DNA from: Candidatus Tayloriibacteriota bacterium | Lineage (GTDB): Bacteria; Patescibacteriota; Minisyncoccia; Phycocordibacterales; PALSA-1337 | Assembly (NCBI GenBank): GCA_003151615.1 | Contig: PLXZ01000004.1 | Location: 173,285 to 237,284, forward strand | Reading direction: 5' to 3' | Length of the DNA stretch: 64,000 bases | Shown: positions 1 to 9,222 of the stretch, piece after piece | Layout of the letters: every line of letters begins with the position of its first letter | How positions within the stretch are numbered: position 1 is the stretch's first letter | The notes under the pieces: generated by a model | Told to the model about the DNA's origin: nothing | Database searches by the model: none | The model's input: the letters and a program-made list of their open reading frames with translations, nothing else | Translations under genes and position numbers: made by a program

Positions 1-126
1 TTTTTTTGAGGGATTTTTGCATTTCTTTCGATTTCTTTATCAAAATTTTATTACTTATTCATCTTTTCTTCATCTCGCTTCGATATACTTTCCCATTATC
101 AGAATTAATAGTTAATTTAAAAAAAT

Positions 127-639
127 ATGAATATAAAAAATCATACGAATGTTTCCGGTAAAAATAAGCGGGGGTTCACTTTGATAGAAATCCTCGTCGT
201 CATCGGTATCATCGCCGTTTTGGCGGCAGTGGTGTTGGTGGCGATCAATCCCACCCGCCAGTTCAAATTGGCGCGTGATTCGCAGAGGGTCAGCAATGTC
301 GATTCAATCCTTAACGCCATCGACCAGAATATGGCGGAGCATGGCGGCACATTTATGTGCGGTTCGAACCCGACCCAGATTCCGACGGGGCCGGTTGTCA
401 TGGCGAGTGAGGATCTCAATATCCCGAATGGTGGCTTGGATGGCTTTGACATTGGACAATGCGTTGTTCCTGCCTATATTTCGGCACTGCCGTTTGATCC
501 TTTGGGCGGTCCGGCACTGTATGTCAGTCCGCAGCATTACGATACGGGTTACACCATAGCGCAGGATGCCGACGGTCGAATCACCGTGAGTGCGAACAGT
601 GAAGTAAATCTGGGTGTGCCGATATCGGTGACGCGTTGA
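127..639 (+). CDS. Type IV pilin/pseudopilin-like protein with N-terminal prepilin methylation motif
   Basis: N-terminus KRGFTLIEILVVIGIIAVLAAVVL is the class III signal/N-methylation motif (G|FTLIE) followed by a hydrophobic helix. Full-length ORF. Confidence 0.7.
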   Translation: MNIKNHTNVSGKNKRGFTLIEILVVIGIIAVLAAVVLVAINPTRQFKLARDSQRVSNVDSILNAIDQNMAEHGGTFMCGSNPTQIPTGPVVMASEDLNIPNGGLDGFDIGQCVVPAYISALPFDPLGGPALYVSPQHYDTGYTIAQDADGRITVSANSEVNLGVPISVTR

Positions 640-698
640 CGCCGATTGGATTGGGCGAGGTGTTATATAATGTCCGCATCTAGGGTATTATAGAAGCA

Positions 699-1757
699 AT
701 GAAGTTCAGTCCGCCGACACAACATCAAAAAATATATGTGCTTGGGGCATGTGCGGTTCTTCTGGTCGTCAGTGTGTATGTGCTGAAGAACGGGACATTG
801 CATCGTAATAAGATAACATATTCGGGTTCAGGAATCGCTTCTTCGGAAACGGTTCCTGTTGCCGCATCCGGCAGTAAAAATAAACCTCTTGTTCCGCCAA
901 TAAAACCGGCAAAAGTAACTTCCGCAACTTCGACGACTCCGGCAAAGCCCGCTTCTCCTCTCGATACCATTTCGGCCACCGCATATATTGTCGGCAATGC
1001 CGCGACAGGCCAGATTTATCTTTCTAAAAATCCGACTCTCGAAAATGGCCTCGCGTCCATCAGCAAATTATTCACGGCAATTGTCGCGCAAGGAAATATG
1101 GATCCGAATCAAGTGATACAGATAACGCCGGCCATGCTCGCGGTATATCCGAATTCGTACGGAATCCTGCTCGGCGAGAAATTCAGCCTGAGCGACCTTT
1201 TCTATGGAATGCTCTTGCAATCGAACGATAATATCGCGGAGGGAATCGCCATGGCGTACAGTTCGCCGTCGACATATATTTCGACCCCCGCAGGCACAAG
1301 TCCCTCCGAATCGGCTTTCATGGCGAAAATGAATGCATTGTCGGCGTCACTCGGTCTGACGCAGACGCATTTTGAGGACGCATCCGGATTGGCCGACGGC
1401 AATGTCAGCAACGCAAAAGACCTTTTTTCTTTCGGGCAGTATCTGTATAAAAATCAGCAGGCGCTTTTGGGTATCACGGATACATATTCATATTCCGTTG
1501 CAACGACAACCGCTCATCTGGGTCACGATTTTATCAATATAGACCCGTTCGTCGGCGATCCTCATTACATCGGCGGAAAAACAGGCCGCACCGATTTGGC
1601 CGGGGAGGACATGCTCTCGATTTTCGATTACAAAACAACAAGCGGAGCCGATTACCCCCTGGTCATCGTCGTTTTACATTCCGATCTTTCCGAGCGGCAA
1701 AATGACACGTCGCAACTGTACTTGCAGGCGATAAACATTATCAACAAGCAGAATTAG
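699..1757 (+). CDS. D-alanyl-D-alanine carboxypeptidase (peptidase S11, PBP5-like) with N-terminal TM anchor
   Basis: Active-site SxxK (ASISKLF), SxN (QSNDN) and KTG (GGKTGRTD) motifs in canonical order. N-terminal hydrophobic segment. Confidence 0.7.
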   Translation: MKFSPPTQHQKIYVLGACAVLLVVSVYVLKNGTLHRNKITYSGSGIASSETVPVAASGSKNKPLVPPIKPAKVTSATSTTPAKPASPLDTISATAYIVGNAATGQIYLSKNPTLENGLASISKLFTAIVAQGNMDPNQVIQITPAMLAVYPNSYGILLGEKFSLSDLFYGMLLQSNDNIAEGIAMAYSSPSTYISTPAGTSPSESAFMAKMNALSASLGLTQTHFEDASGLADGNVSNAKDLFSFGQYLYKNQQALLGITDTYSYSVATTTAHLGHDFINIDPFVGDPHYIGGKTGRTDLAGEDMLSIFDYKTTSGADYPLVIVVLHSDLSERQNDTSQLYLQAINIINKQN

Positions 1758-1772
1758 AAAATCCAGGGAATT

Positions 1773-1946
1773 CTAAAAGTATCCGTGGCTGACTTTGTAG
1801 CCGATCCATATGCCGGCAAAACCGCCGACGCCGCTTAAAATAATTGAAGACATTGATAAAACGGATGCGCCCCAGAGATCGGGAATGTAGGCTCCGACCG
1901 TGGTGCCGATGGTGAGACATATCCAGATGAAAGATTTTGAGGACAT
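1773..1946 (-). CDS. Small hydrophobic two-TM protein (~57 aa), possibly GlsB/YeaQ/YmgE-like
   Basis: Unlisted short ORF MSSKSFIWICLTIGTTVGAYIPDLWGASVLSMSSIILSGVGGFAGIWIGYKVSHGYF read by eye. Glycine-zipper-like membrane peptide. Coordinates approximate. Confidence 0.3.
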   Translation of the reverse strand: MSSKSFIWICLTIGTTVGAYIPDLWGASVLSMSSIILSGVGGFAGIWIGYKVSHGYF

Positions 1947-1980
1947 GGAATAAGAAATTGTTTTCGGTTATAATGATAGC

Positions 1981-2259
1981 ATGATACAAATATTCGACAA
2001 TGTCCTGAAGCGCGCAAACGTCAAAATTGGCTGGATTGACGGAGCGCATATTCGCGATTATACGGGCAAGGATCTCGGCTATTTCGGTGACAATAAAATT
2101 TGGAATGTTTCGGGCGACAAGATCGCTTTCATAGAAGGGGAATATATTTATTTGACCGGCAGTTCCAACAAAATTCGCCTCGAGGACAAATTGAAGGAAG
2201 TGATTGGTGGAAACGCATCCGACTTGTGCCGCGTCGCCATTACGTTTCTTCTCGGATAA
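1981..2259 (+). CDS. Hypothetical small protein with internal G-x-I/K repeats
   Basis: Clean 92-aa ORF with repeated GWIDGAHIRDYTGKD / GYFGDNKIWNVSGDKIAFIEGEYIYLTG pattern. Preferred over the overlapping 179-aa minus-strand ORF, which has a junk-like composition. Confidence 0.45.
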   Translation: MIQIFDNVLKRANVKIGWIDGAHIRDYTGKDLGYFGDNKIWNVSGDKIAFIEGEYIYLTGSSNKIRLEDKLKEVIGGNASDLCRVAITFLLG

Positions 2260-2276
2260 AAAACACAACAAGCAAA

Positions 2277-2305
2277 ACAAAAGAGCGGCTCACGCCGCTC
2301 TTTGA
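2277..2305. terminator. Bidirectional rho-independent terminator hairpin
   Basis: agagcggctcacgccgctct inverted repeat flanked by A-run (left) and T-run on the minus strand, between convergent genes 1981..2259(+) and 2358..3281(-). Confidence 0.5.
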
Positions 2306-2357
2306 GTTAGATTAGGTTTTGTTTAAGAGCACACTTATGTCGAGTACTCTCGACGCA

Positions 2358-3281
2358 TTAGAAACCGAAGATGTGCGAGAAGAATCCGCCGATTGCCGCG
2401 AATATGCCGTTTCCTCCGGCATGAGGTCGCGTCGACGAAGCGTTTCCTGTACCCGGAGCTTTCTGGTCAATGACCGACGAAGCGGTGATTGAACTTCCGT
2501 TGACTGCACCCTGAACGATTACATTGTCTCCAACAGAGAGGCTCGATACCGTCACGATATTCTGTCCCTCGACGATTTTCGCGTTTGAAGCGTCAACCGT
2601 GTAGGAAACGTTGCTTTTATTCGTGATGGTCAATGAAGAACCGCTGATCGCGCTTATCGTCCCTGCGACGACAGGCTGTCCGTTGCCAGTAATAGGGGAA
2701 GTTGAAGAAGCGTTGCCGTGGTTGAAGCCAGGACCTCTTTGTCCGGTGGTCGTAGAGCCCATGCCCATGTGCATTCCTCCGCCAAATCCGTCACGGATTG
2801 ATGTGGCCGTAACGTTGGTACCGCTCACCGTACCTTGCACCGCAACCAGGTCACCTACGACGATGCTTGAGACACTGCTCGTCGCATTATTTTTGAAAAT
2901 TGTCGCATTCGTCGCGTCTACCATGAAGGTAGTTGTTGCCGTCGCCGAAGTGGACGAACCAAAAGCCGGATGAGCCGCCTGAGTGACCGTCAGGGAGTCG
3001 CCGTTAATTGCCGCTACTTTGCCAATTATCGCGGGACGATCCATCATTTCGTCAGGCCCCATTCCGGGCTTGCCTTCACCTTTATCGTCCTGTCCCATCC
3101 AAACGCCCAATCCCGGGTGTTGTTGACCCTGCGGACCTTGCTCGCCTTGTCCGTTGCCAAAAGAAGCGCTGATATTGGCAGTCGCCGCATTGGCGAAACT
3201 GCCGGAAAGGGGAATCGCCACTGCCAAAGCCGCAAAAACAGCCGTGGCAACGACACTCGAAACATATTTTGTATATTTCAT
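2358..3281 (-). CDS. Secreted repeat protein with DUF5666-like repeated beta domains and a Gly/Pro-rich linker
   Basis: N-terminal signal peptide (MKYTKYVSSVVATAVFAALAVAIPLSGSFANA). Three repeats of the pattern G.V.AI.GDSLTV...VGD.V.VQG.V.G..VTA.SI. Gly-rich central region. Confidence 0.55.
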   Translation of the reverse strand: MKYTKYVSSVVATAVFAALAVAIPLSGSFANAATANISASFGNGQGEQGPQGQQHPGLGVWMGQDDKGEGKPGMGPDEMMDRPAIIGKVAAINGDSLTVTQAAHPAFGSSTSATATTTFMVDATNATIFKNNATSSVSSIVVGDLVAVQGTVSGTNVTATSIRDGFGGGMHMGMGSTTTGQRGPGFNHGNASSTSPITGNGQPVVAGTISAISGSSLTITNKSNVSYTVDASNAKIVEGQNIVTVSSLSVGDNVIVQGAVNGSSITASSVIDQKAPGTGNASSTRPHAGGNGIFAAIGGFFSHIFGF

Positions 3282-3411
3282 TTTATATCTCTATATTGTG
3301 TTATATATTGAACTAATAATGTGGCCGGTCTTATCGTTGGCCTTCTCAATATCTACTACGTCTTCCATCAGAAAATTATTTCACTTGATATTTTTTGTTG
3401 TTTCGGACGAA

Positions 3412-6360
3412 TTATTTGAACCAGCCTCCGATCGTCGAGAATATTGAATTTAGAAATCCGGATCCGCCTTGTGAAGAAAGGGCGTTGCCGACCAGGAGAC
3501 TATTATCCGTCGTAGTCGCTATGGAAGTGGGGGCACTGGAGCTAGAGACGACAGGTACAACTGTTGGCGCGATGGTTGGTGTGGAGGTTGAAACGGTTGT
3601 TCGCACAGTCGGGGCAGTCGCAGGTTTTCGCTGATCGAATCGCGCTTTGTAGGCATTGATGATGACGAGTTCAGCGGGAGTGAGAGTTTTTGAACTGCCG
3701 CAGACAATGGAATTGATTTCCTTCACCGTTGTAATGTATGTCTGGCCGGAACTTTTGTTCAGACCCCATGGACCCATCACATCGCTCATATGGCTTGCCT
3801 GGAAAGCTTTGACGGCGGCTATTGTGTTTGCGTCAAGAACGCCGTTGACCGCCAGATTCGTGTTGGTGTAGAGATTCAAAAACAGTTGAAGTTGGGCGAC
3901 TGCCGCCGGAGAATTTGTGCGGCCCGGAATGACGTAACTTGTTAAAAATGGACATGAGAGAGTGTTTGCAACTGTCGGAGATGTAGTCGATTGCGTCGTC
4001 ATTGTTGATGAGTTGTCGTCATTTGAAGAACTGCCGCCAAATGCAACGCCACCACCACCTCCACCGCTGAAGCTGATGGCATTAGTCGCCGCAGATACAA
4101 TTGCAGGGTCATTCGTTGTCGTTGTGCTTACGTTAATATTGAATGTCGAGGTCGCAGTGTTTCCGGCCGAATCAGATGCGGAACACATGACGGATGTCGT
4201 CGTGCCGATGGTAAAGAGTGAGCCGGAAGTTGGAATACAGCTTATGCTTGTCGTCGCGATTCCGTTAGTAGTCGTCGCCGTGCTTGTTGCGGTGGGCAAC
4301 GTATAGTTGATTGCTATCGAAGGACTGGTTGAAGAAGTAGTTGTAGCAATATCGGATACAGGGCTGATTGTCAGAGGATTCGTCGAGCTACCGTTTGCCG
4401 TGTAGACGAGTAGACATACATATTGTGTCGCTCCTGCGGCGTTGGGAATACTGCAATCACCGCTTGTGGTTAGATCATAACCTGCGAGAATATTTCCGGT
4501 CGCGTTGAACGAATCACCCGCGTTCACTATGAGAGGATCTACATATGAAGTAGTCGTCGAGATAGCAGTCCCTCCATTGATCGAAACGAGAGCGGCGGAA
4601 CCGATCGGAGCATTAGGAATTCCGATAACGAGCTGAGCCGTGCTTGATGCATTCCATATCGCGCTGCCATTGGTCGTATAGTTTAATGAACAATAGTATG
4701 AAGTTCCTCCGACCGCAATCAAATCACAATCGCCGCTTGCGGAAAGGTTGTAACCGGCAACGACAGGTCCTGTGACGCTAAAATGGTCGCCATTATTTAT
4801 CCTGAGAGGATCAACGTATGAAGTAGTCGTGGAAATCGGAGTCGCGCCGTTGATGGAGATAAGCGCGGCAGAGTTGTAGGGAGCATTCGGAATTCCTATC
4901 TGCAGCGTTGCCGTACTCGTCGCGGTCGGTGGAGTCGTTGTTGCTGTGGTGGTTGCGCTTACAATAATTTTGAAGGTTGATGATGTGGCGTTTCCATTTG
5001 AGTCAGACGCGGAACATATGACGGTGGTCGTACCGAGAGCGAAGAGGGAACCGCTCGATGGCACACAATTGATCGTACTCGTAGCGGACGCATCAGTTTC
5101 GGTTATTGCGGGAGTTGAATATTGTACCGCAGTACTGGTGGCGTTGGTTGTTGTTGAGATAGTAGCTGTCGGATGGATTGACAAGGTATTGATCGTCGAA
5201 GTAGAAGTGCTCGTGCCGTTTGCTGCATAGACTACCCAGCATAGATAATCACTTCCGCCTGCGGCAGTCGTATTACAGTCGCCGCTCAAGCTAACAGTAT
5301 ATCCGGTGACCATAGAAGCCGTCACATCAAACGTACTGCCGTTATTAATGATGAATGGCGCGCCGAGATATTCAGTTGACGTGGCGCTGTTGATGCTCAC
5401 ATATGCGTGCGATCCAACGGGAGCGCCTGGAGTATTCAGAGTAAGCTGTGAGGTGCTCGAAGCGGCCGAAGTCGTAGTGGCTGTCGTGCTTGCAAAGGCG
5501 GCTGAGATCGTATTGTTAGCGCCGACATTGCTGAATGTGAATGCGCTTGATGTCCCGACGGAGAGGCCGTCGACGATGACGCTGGCGATATGGAAGCTTG
5601 AGCTTGCAATGATGGCGAATGACTGGTTGCTTCCGTCATTTACGGAGACCGCGCCTGAAGGACTTATCGATCCTCCTGTGCCGGCCGAAGCAGTGATGGT
5701 GTGGACTATTGGTGTTGTTGTAGCCGTGCTCGTAGCCGCCAAAATAGTACCGCTCGAATTGAAGTTCGTATTATAAGTATAGTTGGAAGCATTTGCTCCG
5801 CCAAGAACGATGTCTGTTACGGTAATACCTTTTGGTCCTCCGACACTCGGATCGGTAAATTGAGCATCGGCGCTCGTGACGGCGACATTATCGTTATTGA
5901 ACACCGTGTTTAACCAGTAGTGGCTTATCGTTGCGGTAGTGGTGCCGTCGTAGACCTTATCGGCTCCGTCGCCGTTGATGGAAAGATTTGCTTTGTTGAT
6001 TGCAAATGACTGTACGGCATTGGGTGCCGCGGCGTAGGTTGAGTCACCTGCCTGTTGTGCGCCGATGCTGCATTCACCGGCCGTGTCGAGATGCACGCTT
6101 GTTCCCGAGACCGTACAATTTCCGAAAGATATGAATGAAACCGGCAGGCCGGAGTCAGAACTTGCGGACACATCAAAATCGCTCGCGCCATAGGTCTGAT
6201 CCGCGAGGGGATTGAAGGTTATGGTCTGGGTAGTGGTGCCTGTATCGGCATCAGCAATCGTAGGAATTATAAAAGCGCTTCCCTGAAGGATAATCGCCAA
6301 CGCGACGATTCCCGCGAGAACTTTTGAAACGAAAACGGGTTGGTTGTGTTTTAATATCAT
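3412..6360 (-). CDS. Large cell-surface protein (982 aa) with tandem HYR/Ig-like repeats and a C-terminal PG_binding_1-like domain
   Basis: Signal/TM N-terminus. Repeated C.P.SGSLF..GTT.V.C.A.D..GN...STF.I.V motifs typical of HYR domains. Tandem ~100-aa repeats are also visible at DNA level (4100-5100). C-terminal LxxYxxxxLAVNGVLDANTIAAVKAFQ resembles a peptidoglycan-binding domain. Gly6 run. Confidence 0.65.
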   Translation of the reverse strand: MILKHNQPVFVSKVLAGIVALAIILQGSAFIIPTIADADTGTTTQTITFNPLADQTYGASDFDVSASSDSGLPVSFISFGNCTVSGTSVHLDTAGECSIGAQQAGDSTYAAAPNAVQSFAINKANLSINGDGADKVYDGTTTATISHYWLNTVFNNDNVAVTSADAQFTDPSVGGPKGITVTDIVLGGANASNYTYNTNFNSSGTILAATSTATTTPIVHTITASAGTGGSISPSGAVSVNDGSNQSFAIIASSSFHIASVIVDGLSVGTSSAFTFSNVGANNTISAAFASTTATTTSAASSTSQLTLNTPGAPVGSHAYVSINSATSTEYLGAPFIINNGSTFDVTASMVTGYTVSLSGDCNTTAAGGSDYLCWVVYAANGTSTSTSTINTLSIHPTATISTTTNATSTAVQYSTPAITETDASATSTINCVPSSGSLFALGTTTVICSASDSNGNATSSTFKIIVSATTTATTTPPTATSTATLQIGIPNAPYNSAALISINGATPISTTTSYVDPLRINNGDHFSVTGPVVAGYNLSASGDCDLIAVGGTSYYCSLNYTTNGSAIWNASSTAQLVIGIPNAPIGSAALVSINGGTAISTTTSYVDPLIVNAGDSFNATGNILAGYDLTTSGDCSIPNAAGATQYVCLLVYTANGSSTNPLTISPVSDIATTTSSTSPSIAINYTLPTATSTATTTNGIATTSISCIPTSGSLFTIGTTTSVMCSASDSAGNTATSTFNINVSTTTTNDPAIVSAATNAISFSGGGGGGVAFGGSSSNDDNSSTMTTQSTTSPTVANTLSCPFLTSYVIPGRTNSPAAVAQLQLFLNLYTNTNLAVNGVLDANTIAAVKAFQASHMSDVMGPWGLNKSSGQTYITTVKEINSIVCGSSKTLTPAELVIINAYKARFDQRKPATAPTVRTTVSTSTPTIAPTVVPVVSSSSAPTSIATTTDNSLLVGNALSSQGGSGFLNSIFSTIGGWFK

Positions 6361-6449
6361 ATTAATTATTGTTAATTAAGGCTTATTTAGTAATGGTTAA
6401 CTAAAGCCAAGCATAGTGCTTTCCTATCTTAAGATTGTGTAGGACAATC

Positions 6450-7205
6450 TCAGGACTTTTTCAAATAGTGCGGATTGATTTTGACGGATTGCGTCGTCAG
6501 AATAAAAAAGTTTTTGATTCCCGTCTCGATGGCGATGTTTTTCCTGATCGCGTCGGCGACATTGTAGAGTTTTTTCCAGTCAAACCGTCCTTGCATGTCC
6601 ATCTGTTCGGAGATCTCGGAAAGCTGCCAGTCTTTTTCCGTGCAGTCAAAATCCTTGAAAATAATGTCGAGCACATAATATTGCTTGCTGAATTTTTTGA
6701 TTTTTATCTCGGCCGCGCCGACGAGAAGCAGCCCGCTGTCAGGATCGAATGAGGCATTGCAGACTTTTCCTCCGCGCATCGGTTGCTCGGATTCTCGCTT
6801 CATGAGGATTTTATTGAGATGCTCCAATTCGTCGACATTCGTGTGGTACGGCGAAACGTCAACCCACGAGCCGATGATTTCGACGGGTTTCTTTTTGGAA
6901 TCTTTGATAAGAGTCGCGCAATCCTTGATATGGTGATAAGTTCCGTCACTATGAAGCCAGCGATAGGTGATATCTATAGAATAGACCTTTCCGTTTTCAA
7001 GCTCTTCCAGTTTTTCGAGCGTCTGCTGGGCGTCGTCGGGGTGAAGACGTTTCATCCAAAATACGCGGTCATATTTAAAATCAGTACGGTCAAACCCGGT
7101 ATTTTTTTTGAAATTATGATCCAGCCAAAAAGTGTTCCAAAGTTGGGTCTTCGGATCGTATTTTTTCTTATACAAAACCGCCGGCATTTTTGTTTCCATT
7201 TGCAT
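6450..7205 (-). CDS. PAS domain-containing protein
   Basis: ITYRWLHSDGTYHHIKDCATLIKDSKKKPVEIIGSWVDVS matches the PAS/PAC core (Y/FR..h.DG....h...). Confidence 0.5.
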   Translation of the reverse strand: MQMETKMPAVLYKKKYDPKTQLWNTFWLDHNFKKNTGFDRTDFKYDRVFWMKRLHPDDAQQTLEKLEELENGKVYSIDITYRWLHSDGTYHHIKDCATLIKDSKKKPVEIIGSWVDVSPYHTNVDELEHLNKILMKRESEQPMRGGKVCNASFDPDSGLLLVGAAEIKIKKFSKQYYVLDIIFKDFDCTEKDWQLSEISEQMDMQGRFDWKKLYNVADAIRKNIAIETGIKNFFILTTQSVKINPHYLKKS

Positions 7206-7451
7206 GTGGTATTACTTGACACTTTAAATCTTGTCAGTGATGACGTGTCGGATCGGCAAGCATTACTGTCATAAACGAAGTCCTGAAATGATTTTGAAGT
7301 TCGAGCGTCTCCATTGAGCACGGGGAAAAACCCCGAAATTAATTAATATAATAAAAACAAAAATGATAACTATTAAAAACGACGAAAAGGAAAACGAAGA
7401 CGATCAGGAGGATGAAGTTGAAGAGCACAATTGGGTTGCCATTTAACAGTA

Positions 7452-7670
7452 CTATTTACTGAAGAGTCTTGAAAACTTTAGTTTCAGGACGGCAAAGAGA
7501 TAGACGATCTCAAGGATGCCCGCCGTGTTCACGATAAGGAGTATGACAAACCACCATGCTTGACCGCGTCGTCCAGAATGCCACAATGCGAGTCCTTTCC
7601 AAAAAATGCTCCAGAGCACAACCAGAAACAGCAATGAGCCATATCCGTGCGTTAGATTTAAATTGATCAT
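7452..7670 (-). CDS. Small two-TM membrane protein (PLD-N-terminal-like, W-rich)
   Basis: 72 aa with two hydrophobic helices and a W...W......W motif followed by GILEIVYLF. Confidence 0.4.
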   Translation of the reverse strand: MINLNLTHGYGSLLFLVVLWSIFWKGLALWHSGRRGQAWWFVILLIVNTAGILEIVYLFAVLKLKFSRLFSK

Positions 7671-7676
7671 ATATTT

Positions 7677-7912
7677 CTAGTATCCGCTGCCGGTCGTGCT
7701 GCCGTTTGCGGGAATTATCGGCGTGCTGATATTGACCGTCGTTGCGCCGCTCGGTGCAGTTTGACTTGTCGACGGGGAACCATGCCAATAATAGCGGGTG
7801 CCGAAAACCAACAATGCTATGACGATGAGTGCCCCGAGAATAATGCCGACAAGAACGCCTGCTGATGAATCTTCAACGGGAACCGTTGGGGGTGTGTTAA
7901 TTATGGTTGTCA
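7677..7912 (-). CDS. Small membrane protein with Ser/Thr-rich extracellular tail
   Basis: The 150-aa ORF's upstream part looks like junk. The internal start MTTIINTPPTVPVEDSSAGVLVGIILGALIVIALLVFG gives a single-TM protein. Confidence 0.35.
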
Positions 7913-8077
7913 TAAATGTATAATGTGTTATTAAAATAATGCCTTTCATCAGTGGAGACGGACAAGAGAGGGTGTGGTTACAGCTATTTTTTATTACAAA
8001 AAGATATGAAGAAATAAAAAAGGCCGGGACAATGTGCGTCCCGGCCTCGCGAATGATGAGGTGAACTCCAAAGAAAG

Positions 8078-8500
8078 TTATTTTTTCGGCAAAAGGCCTT
8101 CGGGGGGAACGGGAGGAGCGTAGTGCCATGAAATAATGTCGTTTCCGTAGAGCGTTACCGACAGAAGTCCCGTGGCGATTGCAATGTCACGCACTCCGAT
8201 GGAGTCGAGGCCTACTGACGCGACGATGCCGCACATATGCAAAAAGAGAAGTGCCGCGACGGGTCGGACCCAGATTCCGAAAACCAGAAGCAAAGCCATG
8301 AGTACTTCAAAAATGCCATTGCACGTCACGAGCGTCAGGGAGGACAAACCCGTTACGTGAACGGCGATGGTGGGGATGTAAGATATCCATGCGCCCGGGT
8401 CGAGTATCTGCGACGCGCCGAACCATACGAATACTCCGGAAAGGCCGAGACGCAGAACGATTGGTGCGAAAAAGGGAAGTTGTTTCATATTTTTATTCAT
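8078..8500 (-). CDS. DoxX family membrane protein
   Basis: APIVLRLGLSGVFVWFGASQILDP... four-TM architecture and the DoxX signature (lLRl.lG..f...G..Kl.dp). Confidence 0.6.
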   Translation of the reverse strand: MNKNMKQLPFFAPIVLRLGLSGVFVWFGASQILDPGAWISYIPTIAVHVTGLSSLTLVTCNGIFEVLMALLLVFGIWVRPVAALLFLHMCGIVASVGLDSIGVRDIAIATGLLSVTLYGNDIISWHYAPPVPPEGLLPKK

Positions 8501-8508
8501 TGCATTAT

Positions 8509-8904
8509 TTACTGAACAAGTGTGCCGATTTTAAAAGTGGCAAGTTCCGCGGCCGGCCGGGCTTGTCCGCCGTGCTGGCCGTTGAATGCCGCTGATCCGT
8601 CCGTGCCGCACAGGCTTAGTATCGCTTGCGGACCGCCGGGATGCTCGTTGATCCATGATGTCACGTCATAAACGTCGCCGTTGATCGCCGTCCAGCAGCT
8701 CGCGCCGTTGTTGTGTTGGGCAACTTGAGCGAGGGTGTAGGTGTCGGGGCCTTGAGTCGTCGAAGTGGAAATCGCGGTTGATGTTGAAGTGGTTGTCGTG
8801 GCCGGCCGGGCCGTTGATGGTCCGTTCTGCACAATTGCCGTAATGCCAGCCGTGGCAACGACGAGAATTCCGAGAGTCAGCGCCAGTTTTTTATTGGTTG
8901 TCAT
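8509..8904 (-). CDS. Cytochrome b5-like heme-binding domain protein with N-terminal TM and Thr/Ser-rich linker
   Basis: YTLAQVAQHNNGASCWTAINGDVYDVTSWINEHPGGPQAILSLCGTDGSAAF contains the HPGG heme-ligand motif and the fold pattern of cyt-b5/steroid-binding domains. Confidence 0.6.
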   Translation of the reverse strand: MTTNKKLALTLGILVVATAGITAIVQNGPSTARPATTTTSTSTAISTSTTQGPDTYTLAQVAQHNNGASCWTAINGDVYDVTSWINEHPGGPQAILSLCGTDGSAAFNGQHGGQARPAAELATFKIGTLVQ

Positions 8905-9222
8905 GGGGTTTGTTACATCAAAGTATGTAACTTTATTTCCGTTGAATCCTACTTGAACGCAAACGATAGAAGCACGATGGTCAAAGCGTTAAGAACCACC
9001 AATGCCAAAACCATTTGCCATTTTACCGGAAATGGATTCTGTAAAATATAGACTGTATAGATTATTGCAACGATCGCCGCACCAATGAAGTTTCCTTTTA
9101 TCATGTTCTCATTATATCACATCAAGTCCTATCTTGCTTCTTATGTTGAACGAAGTTAAAACCAATTTACGCAAATAAAAAAGGGCAAGGACTTTCATCC
9201 TTGCCCTCTTGAAAACGCAAAT

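Noticed and set aside
1741-2280. 179-aa minus-strand ORF overlapping the 1981..2259 plus-strand ORF
   Set aside because: Low-complexity, junk-like translation with no motif. The plus-strand 92-aa ORF has repeat structure and protein-like composition. The minus ORF also overlaps the better-supported small membrane ORF 1773..1946 in another frame.
3962-5776. Plus-strand ORFs (3962..4306, 4946..5230, 5306..5776) inside the 982-aa surface-protein gene
   Set aside because: Antisense shadow ORFs of a long repeat-rich gene. Val/Ala-rich translations mirror the Thr/Ser codons of the real frame.
7321-7450. 27-aa acidic mini-ORF (MITIKNDEKENEDDQEDEVEEHNWVAI)
   Set aside because: Too short, no RBS. 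Probably chance ORF in an AT-rich spacer.
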